Assembly: GCA_963669175.1 (NCBI GenBank)
Contig: OY769902.1
Coordinates: forward strand, 1,056,001-1,120,000
Length of the DNA: 64,000 nucleotides
Direction: 5' to 3'
DNA from: a bacterium
GTDB lineage: Bacteria; Electryoneota; Electryoneia; Electryoneales; Electryoneaceae
Shown here: positions 48,717-58,279 of the stretch, piece by piece
Layout of the letters: each line of letters begins with the position of its first letter
Position numbering within the stretch: position 1 is the first letter of the stretch
The notes under the pieces: generated by a model
The model's input: only the letters and a program-made list of their open reading frames with translations
Databases searched by the model: none
What the model was told of the DNA's origin: nothing
Position numbers and translations under genes: made by a program

Positions 48717-49325
48717 TCAGTTGCCCTCCCAGTAGCCTTTGAGTGCCTTGATATAGGGGTTTGCTTCATTTCCCCACTTGTCGGGAGGTTGAATTTTCCA
48801 TTCACAATGGTCATCGCCCTTACCCATACAAAGGGGCTCAATAGCAAGCAGGGGCTTCCCGAAGAAACCGGTTGACCAACCTGACGCATACCCCATTAAT
48901 GACCAGCAGACGACATCATCAGAGACATTATTGTGCATCAGGTGTTGCTCGGCTTCGTAAGAATTCTTCCAGATACCGGTGAACAGAAAATGCCCGGTTT
49001 CACGGTCGTATTCGAGTTCTTTCGGGATTGCTCGCACGATGCCTTCCCAGGTATGAATAACAGGTCCGGAAGAAAGTAATTCCAGTTCAGAATCAAACTT
49101 GTACCCGATTTTCATTTGCATGAAATCAGTGAAACCGTTTTCATAGCCGAAGCGTAGAAAAAACTCACGGGCTTTTTCCAGGCCCAGCTCTTCGATGAGA
49201 TTCTGTCGCAACAAACCGATAGCGTCTGTCGAGAACATGACCAGTCGGCTACCCTTGAACATGGTCTGCCCTGTCTCGAGGCTGAACTCCAAATCTTTTG
49301 ACAGGTTGAAATCAGTTGCTTTCAT
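48717..49325 (-). CDS. Stand-alone XylR N-terminal/V4R sensory domain protein
   Basis: LRQNLIEELG.EKAREFFLRFGY, GPVIHTWEG, WKNSYEAEQH, CWSLMGYASG, EPLCMGKGDDHC. RBS gggagg before ATG 49325. Confidence 0.9.
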   Translation of the reverse strand: MKATDFNLSKDLEFSLETGQTMFKGSRLVMFSTDAIGLLRQNLIEELGLEKAREFFLRFGYENGFTDFMQMKIGYKFDSELELLSSGPVIHTWEGIVRAIPKELEYDRETGHFLFTGIWKNSYEAEQHLMHNNVSDDVVCWSLMGYASGWSTGFFGKPLLAIEPLCMGKGDDHCEWKIQPPDKWGNEANPYIKALKGYWEGN

Positions 49326-49585
49326 GCAAACCTCCCTTTGGGGCATTGGGTCACGGTTCTCGTGGATTGATCTGCCACATTACAAAATAACTGGAATTAT
49401 TAGATAAGAAATAAAGCCGGTCAATTTTTGTAAAATGATTGGAGACACGGTAGCGCCACGTGGAAGGGGCCTGAAAGTGAAATCCTGGGGCATGATTCCC
49501 GTGTGCAATCGTTCCCTATTTGCCCTCTATCGAGCTGTTCCCTCAAGTGTTTTATACTATATTGCTTACCGGCTTAAACGGTTAC

Positions 49586-52552
49586 ATGGCGAGGTTTCCC
49601 ATTACTACGCGAAACAAACTGATCCTGGTAATACTTGTCTTACTGGTAGCAGCATTCTCATGCACGGCTGGATTGTATCCACAGGAACGTGACTGGAAAA
49701 GTTACCGGCTTGGCGGACTTACCGTTCATTTTCCGGAAGGCTATGAACAGCAGGCGGTATATACCATGCAACGCGCCAAGGTTCACCTTGATACGTTGCA
49801 GACCTGGTATGAATTCCGTCCGCCGCGAGTCGAGATCATCCTGAACCCTGATTGGGATGTGAATTACGCACATGCTACCATTTTCCCCGTTCGTGTGGAG
49901 ATACCGGTTCATCCGGCGCTGAGCAAACAGCTTCGTCCGCAGGATGGTTTCTACCTGGACCGTGTGCTGGCCCACGAGCTCACTCATGCCATGCAGTTTT
50001 CCATGAGCGCAGGGATTACCAAACCACTTCGAAAGGTTTTCGGCGAAGTTATTGCTCCGGTTGGGTTGCAGCCGGACTGGGCGCTGGAGGGGCAGGCAAT
50101 CATAACCGAAAGCGTTTCCGGTGGTGGTCGGCTGAACTCAAGTTTTTACCATATGCTGTGGGAAACACCGGCAATCTCCGGGGATACCTGGCGGTTGGAC
50201 CAGTTGGCTGTTCCGGGTCGGGTGAATCCTGTCACGAATCGTGCGTATGTCGGTGGTGGTGAATTGCTGAGCATGTTGTGGGTAGACCGTTTCAGCAAGC
50301 GTGATTTCAGCAAATGGCTGCGAGAACAGGCAAAATGGCCTGGTCTGGCTGGCATTGCTTTTAAGCGCACCTTTGCCGGTATGTCGGCCGGGCAGCAGTA
50401 TGAACGTCTTCGTGGTGTGACCCGCGCAACGATTCGTTCCATGTTGCTGGATCGTGAGAACAAGGGATTTGTTACCGGAGAACCGCGGCTCGAGATGAAA
50501 CGGACCGGCTGGCGGCGAGCGCTCTGGACTCCTGAAGGAGATTTGCTGGCGCGTGAGCTGTCCTATGACCGTCCAACACGGATCGCACGCACCAACGCCG
50601 CTATTGGCGGCCTGCTCGATTGTGGTCCGGAACTTGGTTATACGCCAGACCCCGGTATGACCCTTTATGCGGAAGGTTATATCACATCCGAGAGCAGACG
50701 TGATCAGAAAGCCTCGAAGAAAGAAGAAGTTCAACTGGTATATGTGGATAAAAAAACAGGTTCAATTCCCATAATAAATTCCGGCCCGGTTCGCGGCTGG
50801 TCGCCGGCCTGGTCAAAGCAGGCACACAAGCTGGCCTGGGTCGCCCCCACGGATAATGGTGGCCTGGCGCTGAAACTGGCCGACCTGGTGCCTGACAGTT
50901 CCGGTGCATTGAGGGCGACAAACATCGAGGAGGCCATCTCGACCCGCCTTGGATTGCTGGCGCATCCGGCCTGGAGCAGTAATGGGAAACACCTTGCTTT
51001 TGTCGCTGATCTCGGTGAAGGGGAAAAGGTCTACCTGTGGATGCTGGAAACCGGGAAACTGTTCCGTATATCCATTGATAACGCAAGGTGTACCTGGGAC
51101 CCTGCTTTTTCTCCAGACAACACACTTTGGGTATCAGCCGATAAAGATGGCATGCTGGACCTGTTTGAAATTGATATCGTCAAGGGGGAAGCGCGCAGAC
51201 GTACGCGTGTGCTGACCGGTGCGGTCGAACCTGCCGTTGCACCGGATAACCGTCAGGTTGCTTATTCACACTACACATCTGACGGCTTTGTGCTCGTGGT
51301 GCTAGACTCATCGAAAATGGCCGACAATCGTGTTCACTTCACCATCGACAAGGTTGATCCTGTCGTATTCTCCGAAGCGGACACCCTGTTCCAGGAAGCT
51401 CCGACCGGCGCTTTTGTACCCTATAAAGTCAAGGATCACCTGCTGCCACGATTCTGGATGCCTGCGGGAACGGTACTGTATGGTGATGAGGTGTTTGCCG
51501 GAGCGGCGACCTACGGACGCGACCCCCTCGGTTTCATGGAATGGACCGCATTGGCGCTGGCCGGGGTGCGTACCGGAAAGCCCGACATGTTACTGTCTGG
51601 CGTTTATCATGATTATTACGCTGATTATAGTGCCTTCATCCGTGCCTATCCTGACGATGCAACCCTGTATCATCCTGTACAGGATACATCAAGCAATGCC
51701 TACTGGGTCTATCCTACACAGCCATACCCGATCCGGCTGGAAGGTGGCGCAGCGGTTGACATTCCTTTCTATCATGATGGGGGGCCGTGGAGTCGGACAA
51801 CCAATGTGTCGGTCGGCTGGATAACACGTGAACGCTTTACGCAATATCGCTTGGTTGACGGCTTCAAAGGCGAGCGTTACCACGGTATACAGCTCGGACT
51901 GGGCTATCGTGCCGCCTATGGCGCCAATCGTGATCCGGTGCCGCGTCACCTGTATTACGGTCGCATCAGCGCCGAACAATCTCTTGATCCCATCAGCAAG
52001 TTAAACGGCGACCTCGTTATAACCCAGGGCCGGTTCAACTTCCCGGGACCGGCGGATGGATTGGTGATAAGCCTGTCGGGAGCGATGCAGGTGCAGAGCG
52101 GAGATCTTGATTATTCGCGTGCGCTTGTGCGTCCACGCGGATATTACAGCGATGATCTGTCCTACCAGTTGGAGCAGGGCAAATTGGCGCTGGCAGGGGT
52201 GTCTGTGTATTCACCGCTGTGGTTTACAGACGGTGGGTTGTGGCATGGCTTGCTGTACCTGGAACGGATCGATGTGGAACTGTTCGCAGAAACAGCTACC
52301 GGGTGGGGCGGGGGACGATCACTGTCCTCCTGGATGAACGATGACCGGATCAGCTCGCTCGGTGGTTCGCTGCATTTCGGCGGGTATGCGTTTATGGATG
52401 CGGCGGTGCGTTTTACGGCCGGTGTGGCCTATCGTACCGGGTTTGAAGACTGGGCCGGATTTGTCGGGATTGGACTGCCGAATGTGCCTGGAATTGTATA
52501 CGATGCCTGGACACGGGATCAAAGCCCACGCTCCTTCGGCTTCGATAATTGA
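49586..52552 (+). CDS. Exported protein: zincin-like domain, TolB/PD40 beta-propeller and putative C-terminal beta-barrel
   Basis: Signal peptide; AHELTH...WALEG; SPAWS, HPAWSSNG, DPAFSPD, EPAVAPD repeats; amphipathic beta strands at the C-terminus. Confidence 0.75.
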   Translation: MARFPITTRNKLILVILVLLVAAFSCTAGLYPQERDWKSYRLGGLTVHFPEGYEQQAVYTMQRAKVHLDTLQTWYEFRPPRVEIILNPDWDVNYAHATIFPVRVEIPVHPALSKQLRPQDGFYLDRVLAHELTHAMQFSMSAGITKPLRKVFGEVIAPVGLQPDWALEGQAIITESVSGGGRLNSSFYHMLWETPAISGDTWRLDQLAVPGRVNPVTNRAYVGGGELLSMLWVDRFSKRDFSKWLREQAKWPGLAGIAFKRTFAGMSAGQQYERLRGVTRATIRSMLLDRENKGFVTGEPRLEMKRTGWRRALWTPEGDLLARELSYDRPTRIARTNAAIGGLLDCGPELGYTPDPGMTLYAEGYITSESRRDQKASKKEEVQLVYVDKKTGSIPIINSGPVRGWSPAWSKQAHKLAWVAPTDNGGLALKLADLVPDSSGALRATNIEEAISTRLGLLAHPAWSSNGKHLAFVADLGEGEKVYLWMLETGKLFRISIDNARCTWDPAFSPDNTLWVSADKDGMLDLFEIDIVKGEARRRTRVLTGAVEPAVAPDNRQVAYSHYTSDGFVLVVLDSSKMADNRVHFTIDKVDPVVFSEADTLFQEAPTGAFVPYKVKDHLLPRFWMPAGTVLYGDEVFAGAATYGRDPLGFMEWTALALAGVRTGKPDMLLSGVYHDYYADYSAFIRAYPDDATLYHPVQDTSSNAYWVYPTQPYPIRLEGGAAVDIPFYHDGGPWSRTTNVSVGWITRERFTQYRLVDGFKGERYHGIQLGLGYRAAYGANRDPVPRHLYYGRISAEQSLDPISKLNGDLVITQGRFNFPGPADGLVISLSGAMQVQSGDLDYSRALVRPRGYYSDDLSYQLEQGKLALAGVSVYSPLWFTDGGLWHGLLYLERIDVELFAETATGWGGGRSLSSWMNDDRISSLGGSLHFGGYAFMDAAVRFTAGVAYRTGFEDWAGFVGIGLPNVPGIVYDAWTRDQSPRSFGFDN

Positions 52553-52688
52553 CTCACAGGATGGTAGAATAATAGGATGGCAAGGATGAAGATTATGGAA
52601 GAACTTACAGGATATACAAGATAGTATGGATGGAAAGGATAAAGATTTAAGATGCTTTTTCTTTGCGCCTTTGCGTCTTTGCGTGAAA
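52550..52688. repeat. AGGAT arm plus a CTTTGCG triplet array
   Basis: tgactcacaggatggtagaataataggatggcaaggatg... (its TGA is the upstream stop codon), then ctttgcgcctttgcgtctttgcgtgaaa. Confidence 0.75.
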
Positions 52689-52763
52689 CATAAAGCAATC
52701 AATTGACTAACAGGAAATAAGACTTTCTTTACGTTTTTTACTTTCTTTACCTTTTTTACATAG

Positions 52764-52795
52764 AAAAACCGGCCCAGAAAAGAGCCGGTTCTTTT
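52764..52795. terminator. Bidirectional intrinsic terminator
   Basis: aaaaaccggc...gccggttctttt between convergent genes. Confidence 0.7.
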
Positions 52796-52817
52796 ATACG
52801 AAGCGATTTCTCGCCGA

Positions 52818-53765
52818 TTACTCGTCTGCTTTCATCCTGCGGCCATTCTCGTCGTACTTGAAGAAGCCTTCTCCTGTCTTGACACCAAGCTGGCCACCAC
52901 GGACCATCTTGCGCAGCAGGGGGCAGGGACGGAACTTGAAGTCGCCGGTTTCACGGAACATGCGTTCCAGCCACTGCCAGACTTCATCGAGTCCCATGTT
53001 GTCCGCCAGTTCCAGCGGGCCCTGGTGGAAATCGTAACCGTCACGCATGGCGATGTCGATGCCTTCTGCCGTCGCGACACCCTCCATCAGGGCGTACATC
53101 GCTTCGTTGACCATGGGCAGAATCACACGTGTTGTTACGAAACCGGGGGTTTCATAGACTTCGACAACAGTCTTACGGACATCTTCCGCGAAGGACTTCG
53201 CAATGTTAAACGTGGAGTCCGAGGTCTTCATCCCACGCACGACCTCGACCAACGGCTTCTTGGGAACCGGATGCAGGAAGTGCATGCCGATAACCCGGTC
53301 CGGACGTGTGGTAACCTCACCCAGCTCGGTAACGGACAGGGTGGAGGTGTTGGTCACGAGGATGGTGCCCGGGCTGGTGATGGCATCAAGACGTTCGAAC
53401 AGGGCCTTCTTGATTTCCATCGTGTCCGGGACGGCTTCGATCACGATCAGGTAGTCACCGGTCTGGCTCAGATCGGAGGTCCAGGTAAGGCGGCTCAGGA
53501 TGGCGCGCTTATCGGATTCGGTCATGCTCCAGCGGGCAATTTCAGCGTCCAGCTTCTGGCTGAGGCGTTCTTTACGTTCTTCCAGGGAATTGTCATCACG
53601 TTCAACCAGCATCACTTCCAAACCCTTGGAAGCAACTGCCTGCGCAATGCCAAGGCCCATCTGGCCAGCGCCGACCACGGCAATCCGGTCAATAGAATCG
53701 GCTTCTTCCTGGGGCATGCCCTCGGAGCCGAGTAAATCTTTCAGGGTTTCTTCTCTATCCGCCAT
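52818..53765 (-). CDS. 3-hydroxybutyryl/3-hydroxyacyl-CoA dehydrogenase
   Basis: VVGAGQMGLGIA, TNTSTL, GMHFLHP, PGFVTTR, GPLELAD, GVKTGEGFF. Confidence 0.93.
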   Translation of the reverse strand: MADREETLKDLLGSEGMPQEEADSIDRIAVVGAGQMGLGIAQAVASKGLEVMLVERDDNSLEERKERLSQKLDAEIARWSMTESDKRAILSRLTWTSDLSQTGDYLIVIEAVPDTMEIKKALFERLDAITSPGTILVTNTSTLSVTELGEVTTRPDRVIGMHFLHPVPKKPLVEVVRGMKTSDSTFNIAKSFAEDVRKTVVEVYETPGFVTTRVILPMVNEAMYALMEGVATAEGIDIAMRDGYDFHQGPLELADNMGLDEVWQWLERMFRETGDFKFRPCPLLRKMVRGGQLGVKTGEGFFKYDENGRRMKADE

Positions 53766-53778
53766 GATGGTGTTCCAC

Positions 53779-54201
53779 CTACCTCTGCTGGATCAATTCC
53801 TGTTCCGAGAAGAACACTCCGACTTCAATCATGCCGTTTTCGACAGAGTCGCTGCCGTGTACCGTGTTCTTTTCCTTATTGACGCCAAAGTCCTTACGGA
53901 TGGTGCCCTCGACTGCTTCGGCCGGGTCGGTAGCGCCGATAACCGTACGCCAGTGCTGAATAGCGTTGTCACGTTCCAGGCCAACCAATACAACCGGTCC
54001 GCTTGTCATGTAGGCGACAAGGTCATTGAAAAAGGGGCGTTCACAATGGACGGCGTAAAAATGTTCCGCCACTTCTTTGGTCAACCGCGCCCGTTTCATC
54101 CCAAGTATGGTAAAACCTTCTTTTTCAATGCGGGCCAGGATATCACCCACATGCTTGTTCTCAACCCCGTCGGGCTTGATAATGCACAATGTCCGTTCCA
54201 C
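53779..54201 (-). CDS. ndk: Nucleoside-diphosphate kinase
   Basis: [26 protein letters not shown]. Confidence 0.97.
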   Translation of the reverse strand: MERTLCIIKPDGVENKHVGDILARIEKEGFTILGMKRARLTKEVAEHFYAVHCERPFFNDLVAYMTSGPVVLVGLERDNAIQHWRTVIGATDPAEAVEGTIRKDFGVNKEKNTVHGSDSVENGMIEVGVFFSEQELIQQR

Positions 54202-54254
54202 GAATCCCGTTCTCCGAGTTTATCACCTTACGAACCTGTGAAGGCTCGCATCTA

Positions 54255-54488
54255 TCACGAATCTTCTTCTTTCTTGTCCTGTTCTGCTTTCTTGGTAAAA
54301 AACTTCTGCTGGCTGACAAAGCCAAACATAATGATCATTGTTGTCACACCAGCGCCCGCGCCAAGGTAATTCTGAATCAGGTCATAGCCTCCGGTGCCTT
54401 TCAACGCATGGGAGCATACCAGAATAATAGCGCCCCACACAACCGAATTTGCGATGATCGTAACACCAAGCGATATCGACTTATGCAT
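54255..54488 (-). CDS. Small two-TM membrane protein
   Basis: MHKSISLGVTIIANSVVWGAIILV...; RBS-like ggag upstream; two hydrophobic segments. Confidence 0.6.
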   Translation of the reverse strand: MHKSISLGVTIIANSVVWGAIILVCSHALKGTGGYDLIQNYLGAGAGVTTMIIMFGFVSQQKFFTKKAEQDKKEEDS

Positions 54489-54597
54489 CTTTCCGTCTCC
54501 ACTTTCTGGTTTGGCTCCGTAGCGAGACAATCACCTCTGTGGACATGCGTCACGTACATGATGAAAGAGCAATACTGTCCAATCAGTCTAACCGGCC

Positions 54598-55146
54598 TTA
54601 ATTCGTTACTGCTGGCGCCAGCTTGTCCTGTTCAATCAGCTCCTTTACTTCTTTCGCTGCGGCATTACACGCATATTGAATCGCGGTCTGACTGTCCAGG
54701 GATGCGCCGCTGGATACCAGCCAGTCCGAAGAATTTACGCTGCCACTCGCATAAATCAGGTTATCCGAGCCACGGCGCAATGTATATTCGCAGCGTACCG
54801 TAATCCCACCCTCGCCAATCGTCTGGCGATAGGCCTGCTGGAATGTCAGGGACATCTCCATGACGATGTAGTCACGCGGATCTGCCGGTGTATTTTCAAT
54901 TTCATCGGCAGGGATATAGGGCAACCCCTGATCATAAAACGCCTCTTCCGCGAACTGGGTTGCCAGGCGTTGAATGTCTTCATGGGATACGGAAGATTCA
55001 CGATTATACGAGAAAATATCGCCCACCGTTACATGCTTGGGTATGTACCCCGCTTCCGTTTCACGAGTCATCCCACCACCGGCACAGCCCATCATGGTAA
55101 CCAGTAAACCAGTCAATACAATGCCAATGATCAAACGCTTCATCAT
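54598..55146 (-). CDS. Hypothetical lipoprotein
   Basis: Signal peptide with lipobox MMGC; RBS gggagg. Confidence 0.75.
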   Translation of the reverse strand: MMKRLIIGIVLTGLLVTMMGCAGGGMTRETEAGYIPKHVTVGDIFSYNRESSVSHEDIQRLATQFAEEAFYDQGLPYIPADEIENTPADPRDYIVMEMSLTFQQAYRQTIGEGGITVRCEYTLRRGSDNLIYASGSVNSSDWLVSSGASLDSQTAIQYACNAAAKEVKELIEQDKLAPAVTN

Positions 55147-55223
55147 GGTTGCTCCCTCCCAATCGTGTCCGAAACTTGACCGCTGTCAAGGTACGGTATG
55201 TCAAGAAACACGTCAACCGCTGA

Positions 55224-55919
55224 CTATTCCTGAGTCTCACCCGTATTTGCAGATACATAGGCGATATCCTGGGCCTGGTGACCGCCAAGGATATTGTTGT
55301 TTATTGTGCCTTCAGCCTGACGAGCCTCCCAGGTCTCCGCAAGCTGTTTGATCCGCTTCAATATCTTACGGTTCAGCAGGGCGTCCGCAGGTTCAATGAA
55401 ATGCGCCTTCAGGATACCTGTCCAGCCATGCCAGTCCAGGCGAATACGCTGCGTAAGCCGTGTCGCTCCAAGACCAACCGGCTCGACAATCATCTCGGTG
55501 CAGGCGTCCAGTGATGACCCGAAACAGGGATACAAGCCTTCCGCCAGCCAGACAATACTGCGGCCCGGCTCAACCTGCACAATCCGCCCCATTTTGGAGC
55601 CACTTTCGCCTGCGGCCGGCTCCGGAAGATCCAGAATGTAGTTTGCCGAAGGACGGTTGCCGTTCATCAGGTAATCCCAGACGTAATACCCGCCGCCACG
55701 GCCCCACTGCGCAATCCAGGGCCAGACTTCTTCGACTGGACGGAAAATGGTGACCGCACGTGTCCATTGCAACTTGTCACCGATGATATAATCGCCCGGC
55801 AACCGCATGTCACGCTCGGCAGTGCTGGAGCCCCAGTTCACAAGTCGCGGGCGGAGCAATCCCAGCCAGATCAGTTCAAGACCTGCTGCGCTGATGAGTA
55901 GTTTGCTCCACTTTTTCAT
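55224..55919 (-). CDS. SRPBCC/START-like domain protein
   Basis: WGS..AE..M.LPGD, TRAVTI..PVEEVWPWIAQWG.GGGYY.WD, LKRIKQLAE. Confidence 0.75.
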   Translation of the reverse strand: MKKWSKLLISAAGLELIWLGLLRPRLVNWGSSTAERDMRLPGDYIIGDKLQWTRAVTIFRPVEEVWPWIAQWGRGGGYYVWDYLMNGNRPSANYILDLPEPAAGESGSKMGRIVQVEPGRSIVWLAEGLYPCFGSSLDACTEMIVEPVGLGATRLTQRIRLDWHGWTGILKAHFIEPADALLNRKILKRIKQLAETWEARQAEGTINNNILGGHQAQDIAYVSANTGETQE

Positions 55920-55967
55920 GCTCTATCCTCGCGTGGAAATACACTCGCACTTTTCAACTGCTTTTCA

Positions 55968-56119
55968 TCCTCGAGATCCCCGTTCAAGCCGGGGATGACA
56001 GAGGGGGTGACATTGGACAAGCCGGGGATGATATTTAGCGGACGACATTGAACAAGCCGGGGATGATATTTAGCGGACGACATTGAACAAGCCAGGGATG
56101 ACATTTAGCGGACGACATT
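55968..56119. repeat. Palindromic repeat plus a 35-bp tandem repeat (3 copies)
   Basis: caagccggggatgatatttagcggacgacattgaa at 56018, 56053 and 56088. Confidence 0.85.
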
Positions 56120-56129
56120 ACTCTGGTCT

Positions 56130-56609
56130 TTGGCCCCGTCCGGCTTGAAGCACGCCGTAGCTTGCGAAGGCGGCTGTCCGGCGGGGTCTATTCTAAATCA
56201 AATAAATAGGTTAGTCCACTTGTTTTCATTCAGTCCCGATGCGCTCCAGGTTTTGCTGTAGATCACAGTTACGTCAACGTATCCCTGCATCGTCGATCAT
56301 TCTGGTTTCATTACGTGCGGGTCGGGCCACCCAGGCTCTCCGCAGTTCCCGACTTGCTCATCATCCGCATCACAGGACGACGCCCAGCAAGTGTAGTCAG
56401 CATTTCGAGAATACTATCCTATACTTCCGGCAAATCGGGCCATGCACTTTGCCAGAAACGTACAGGGCCACCCATTATTTATTCCGTCATTCATTCAGTG
56501 TTTTACATTACGCAGTTTTTATCCTGAATATCCTTCTTATTCTGTCCAGCCTGTAAACTCAATTCTTTTTCATCCTTGATATCCTATTATCCTACTATCC
56601 TGTGAGTCA
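56130..56609. repeat. Mosaic: REP doublet plus ATCCT arm
   Basis: ttggccccg...cggcggggtctattc; cccgatgcgct...gtgcgggtcgggccaccc; ...atcctgtgagtca. Confidence 0.8.
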
Positions 56610-56615
56610 GAGAAT

Positions 56616-58052
56616 CTACTTCAGCGTATCAATCAACCGTGTGATCACGTTCGCGGGGAACACCGCTCCCGCTTCCAGGATACCACGATTTTCCTCGAGC
56701 GCTTTGGCTACTTCAGGCATAGTATGCGGCACAGACGCCACACCGGCGCCATCCGGGTTGAACTTGGTCTTCTCCAGCAGTGCATCCAGGTTTTCCACAT
56801 CCTTGCCGTAGATCATACCCTGCGAGATTCCCGCCAGCAACAGGTGCGGGTGCGCGCTGCCGTCCGGGAGACGGAACTCGACCGTCGGAGGTGAAACCGC
56901 CTTGCCTTCTTCATCACGTGCGACCACAGGCAGACGAATTAAAGTCTTACGGTTATATTTGCCCCACGTTACGGTATTGGGCGCTTCCTTGCCCTGGGTC
57001 AGACGGATAAAGGATCCATCCACACGGTTTCCGAAGGCCATCAACGCGCCGCCAACCTGGCCCAATCCTGCGATCAGCCACTTGGCCGGTTCCAGCATGT
57101 TCCCTTTTTCGTCTTCACCGCCGCTGTGTACACCATCAACCACCGGCGAACAATGGAAGTGCATACCGCTGCCGGCATGACCTCTGCGCACGATCGGTTC
57201 GAAGGTGCAACGCATGCCGTACCGATGCGCCAGGTTACGCAGCACCCACTGGGTCAACACGACCGCTTCGGCAGCGCGTGGCAACGGCATCAACGCCAGT
57301 TCCACTTCGTGCTGTTCCCAGATATAGGGATCGTCTTCCGTCGCTTCAATATAGCCGACTTCACTATGAGCGTACTTGACCGGAATACCGAACTCGGCCA
57401 GCAGGGTGATCGCTTCACGACGCAACGGTTCACCGAATACAAACGGGGCGGTAGCGTGGTAGCCACGGTCATCCGCGCCGTACGCATCACTTTCATCGGG
57501 ACGCTTGCCCAGGAAATATTCCACTTCACCCAGGGCGTGCAGATCCACACCGATTTCATGTTTGGCGCGGTTATAGGCGAAACGGATGATGGTATCGGGA
57601 GATTCGGGAAGCGGCGCGCCATCACGTCCCAGGTGACCACACAGCAGCGCCAGGGTAGGACGCGGAGCAAAAGGATCGATAAAGGCCGTGTGCAGCTTCG
57701 GACGCAATACCACGTCAGACGCGGTAGTGTCAATGCCCATCATGCCGAACAGGGAAGAACCGTCAGCACGTTCCCCGGCACGCAGCACATCACGCAGATG
57801 GGAAAAATCACGCGGGACAAAATCCAGCGTTTTTAACCAACCGTCACCGCCGATATGCATCAGGCTGATGACGCGAATGTTCATTTCACGCACGACTTCG
57901 ATCAGGTCATCCACTGTCCAGTCGCGTGAGGGTTTGCCGATCATACGCTCAAGACGAGCAGCCGGTAGCGGGTTTACGTTTTCGTCCTGCCCCAGGGGTA
58001 ACCGTTCTGAAAGCGCCCGGACTTGCCGATCGCTGGGATGAGTGTATTGCAT
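56616..58052 (-). CDS. Glutamine synthetase family protein
   Basis: DGSS, EVEYF, HSEVG, QHEVE, GHAGSGMHFH, RLTQGKEAP, NRKTLIRLP, VEFRLPD. ATG 58052 after gaggag. Confidence 0.9.
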   Translation of the reverse strand: MQYTHPSDRQVRALSERLPLGQDENVNPLPAARLERMIGKPSRDWTVDDLIEVVREMNIRVISLMHIGGDGWLKTLDFVPRDFSHLRDVLRAGERADGSSLFGMMGIDTTASDVVLRPKLHTAFIDPFAPRPTLALLCGHLGRDGAPLPESPDTIIRFAYNRAKHEIGVDLHALGEVEYFLGKRPDESDAYGADDRGYHATAPFVFGEPLRREAITLLAEFGIPVKYAHSEVGYIEATEDDPYIWEQHEVELALMPLPRAAEAVVLTQWVLRNLAHRYGMRCTFEPIVRRGHAGSGMHFHCSPVVDGVHSGGEDEKGNMLEPAKWLIAGLGQVGGALMAFGNRVDGSFIRLTQGKEAPNTVTWGKYNRKTLIRLPVVARDEEGKAVSPPTVEFRLPDGSAHPHLLLAGISQGMIYGKDVENLDALLEKTKFNPDGAGVASVPHTMPEVAKALEENRGILEAGAVFPANVITRLIDTLK

Positions 58053-58279
58053 GCTCTCCTCGCTGTAACAAAAACTGCATCTCGTTCGAACATTCGCAAA
58101 CAAACCGGTTCTGCATCAGACCGGGCTGACGGTTTTCTGCCGCCGGGTATGTACGAATGCAGACTTCGAGAATTCTTTCACATCTTACCTTCGGAAAACT
58201 ACAATGTTTAGGCGTGAGAGGCAACGTGAGGCAAAGGGGGGCTCCGGTGCTGTCTCCTTACAGGGAAAAGCGATTTTCC

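Noticed and set aside
56018-56119. 35-bp direct repeats as a possible CRISPR array
   Set aside because: The intervening sequence is the same in each unit, so this is a tandem duplication of a hairpin arm.
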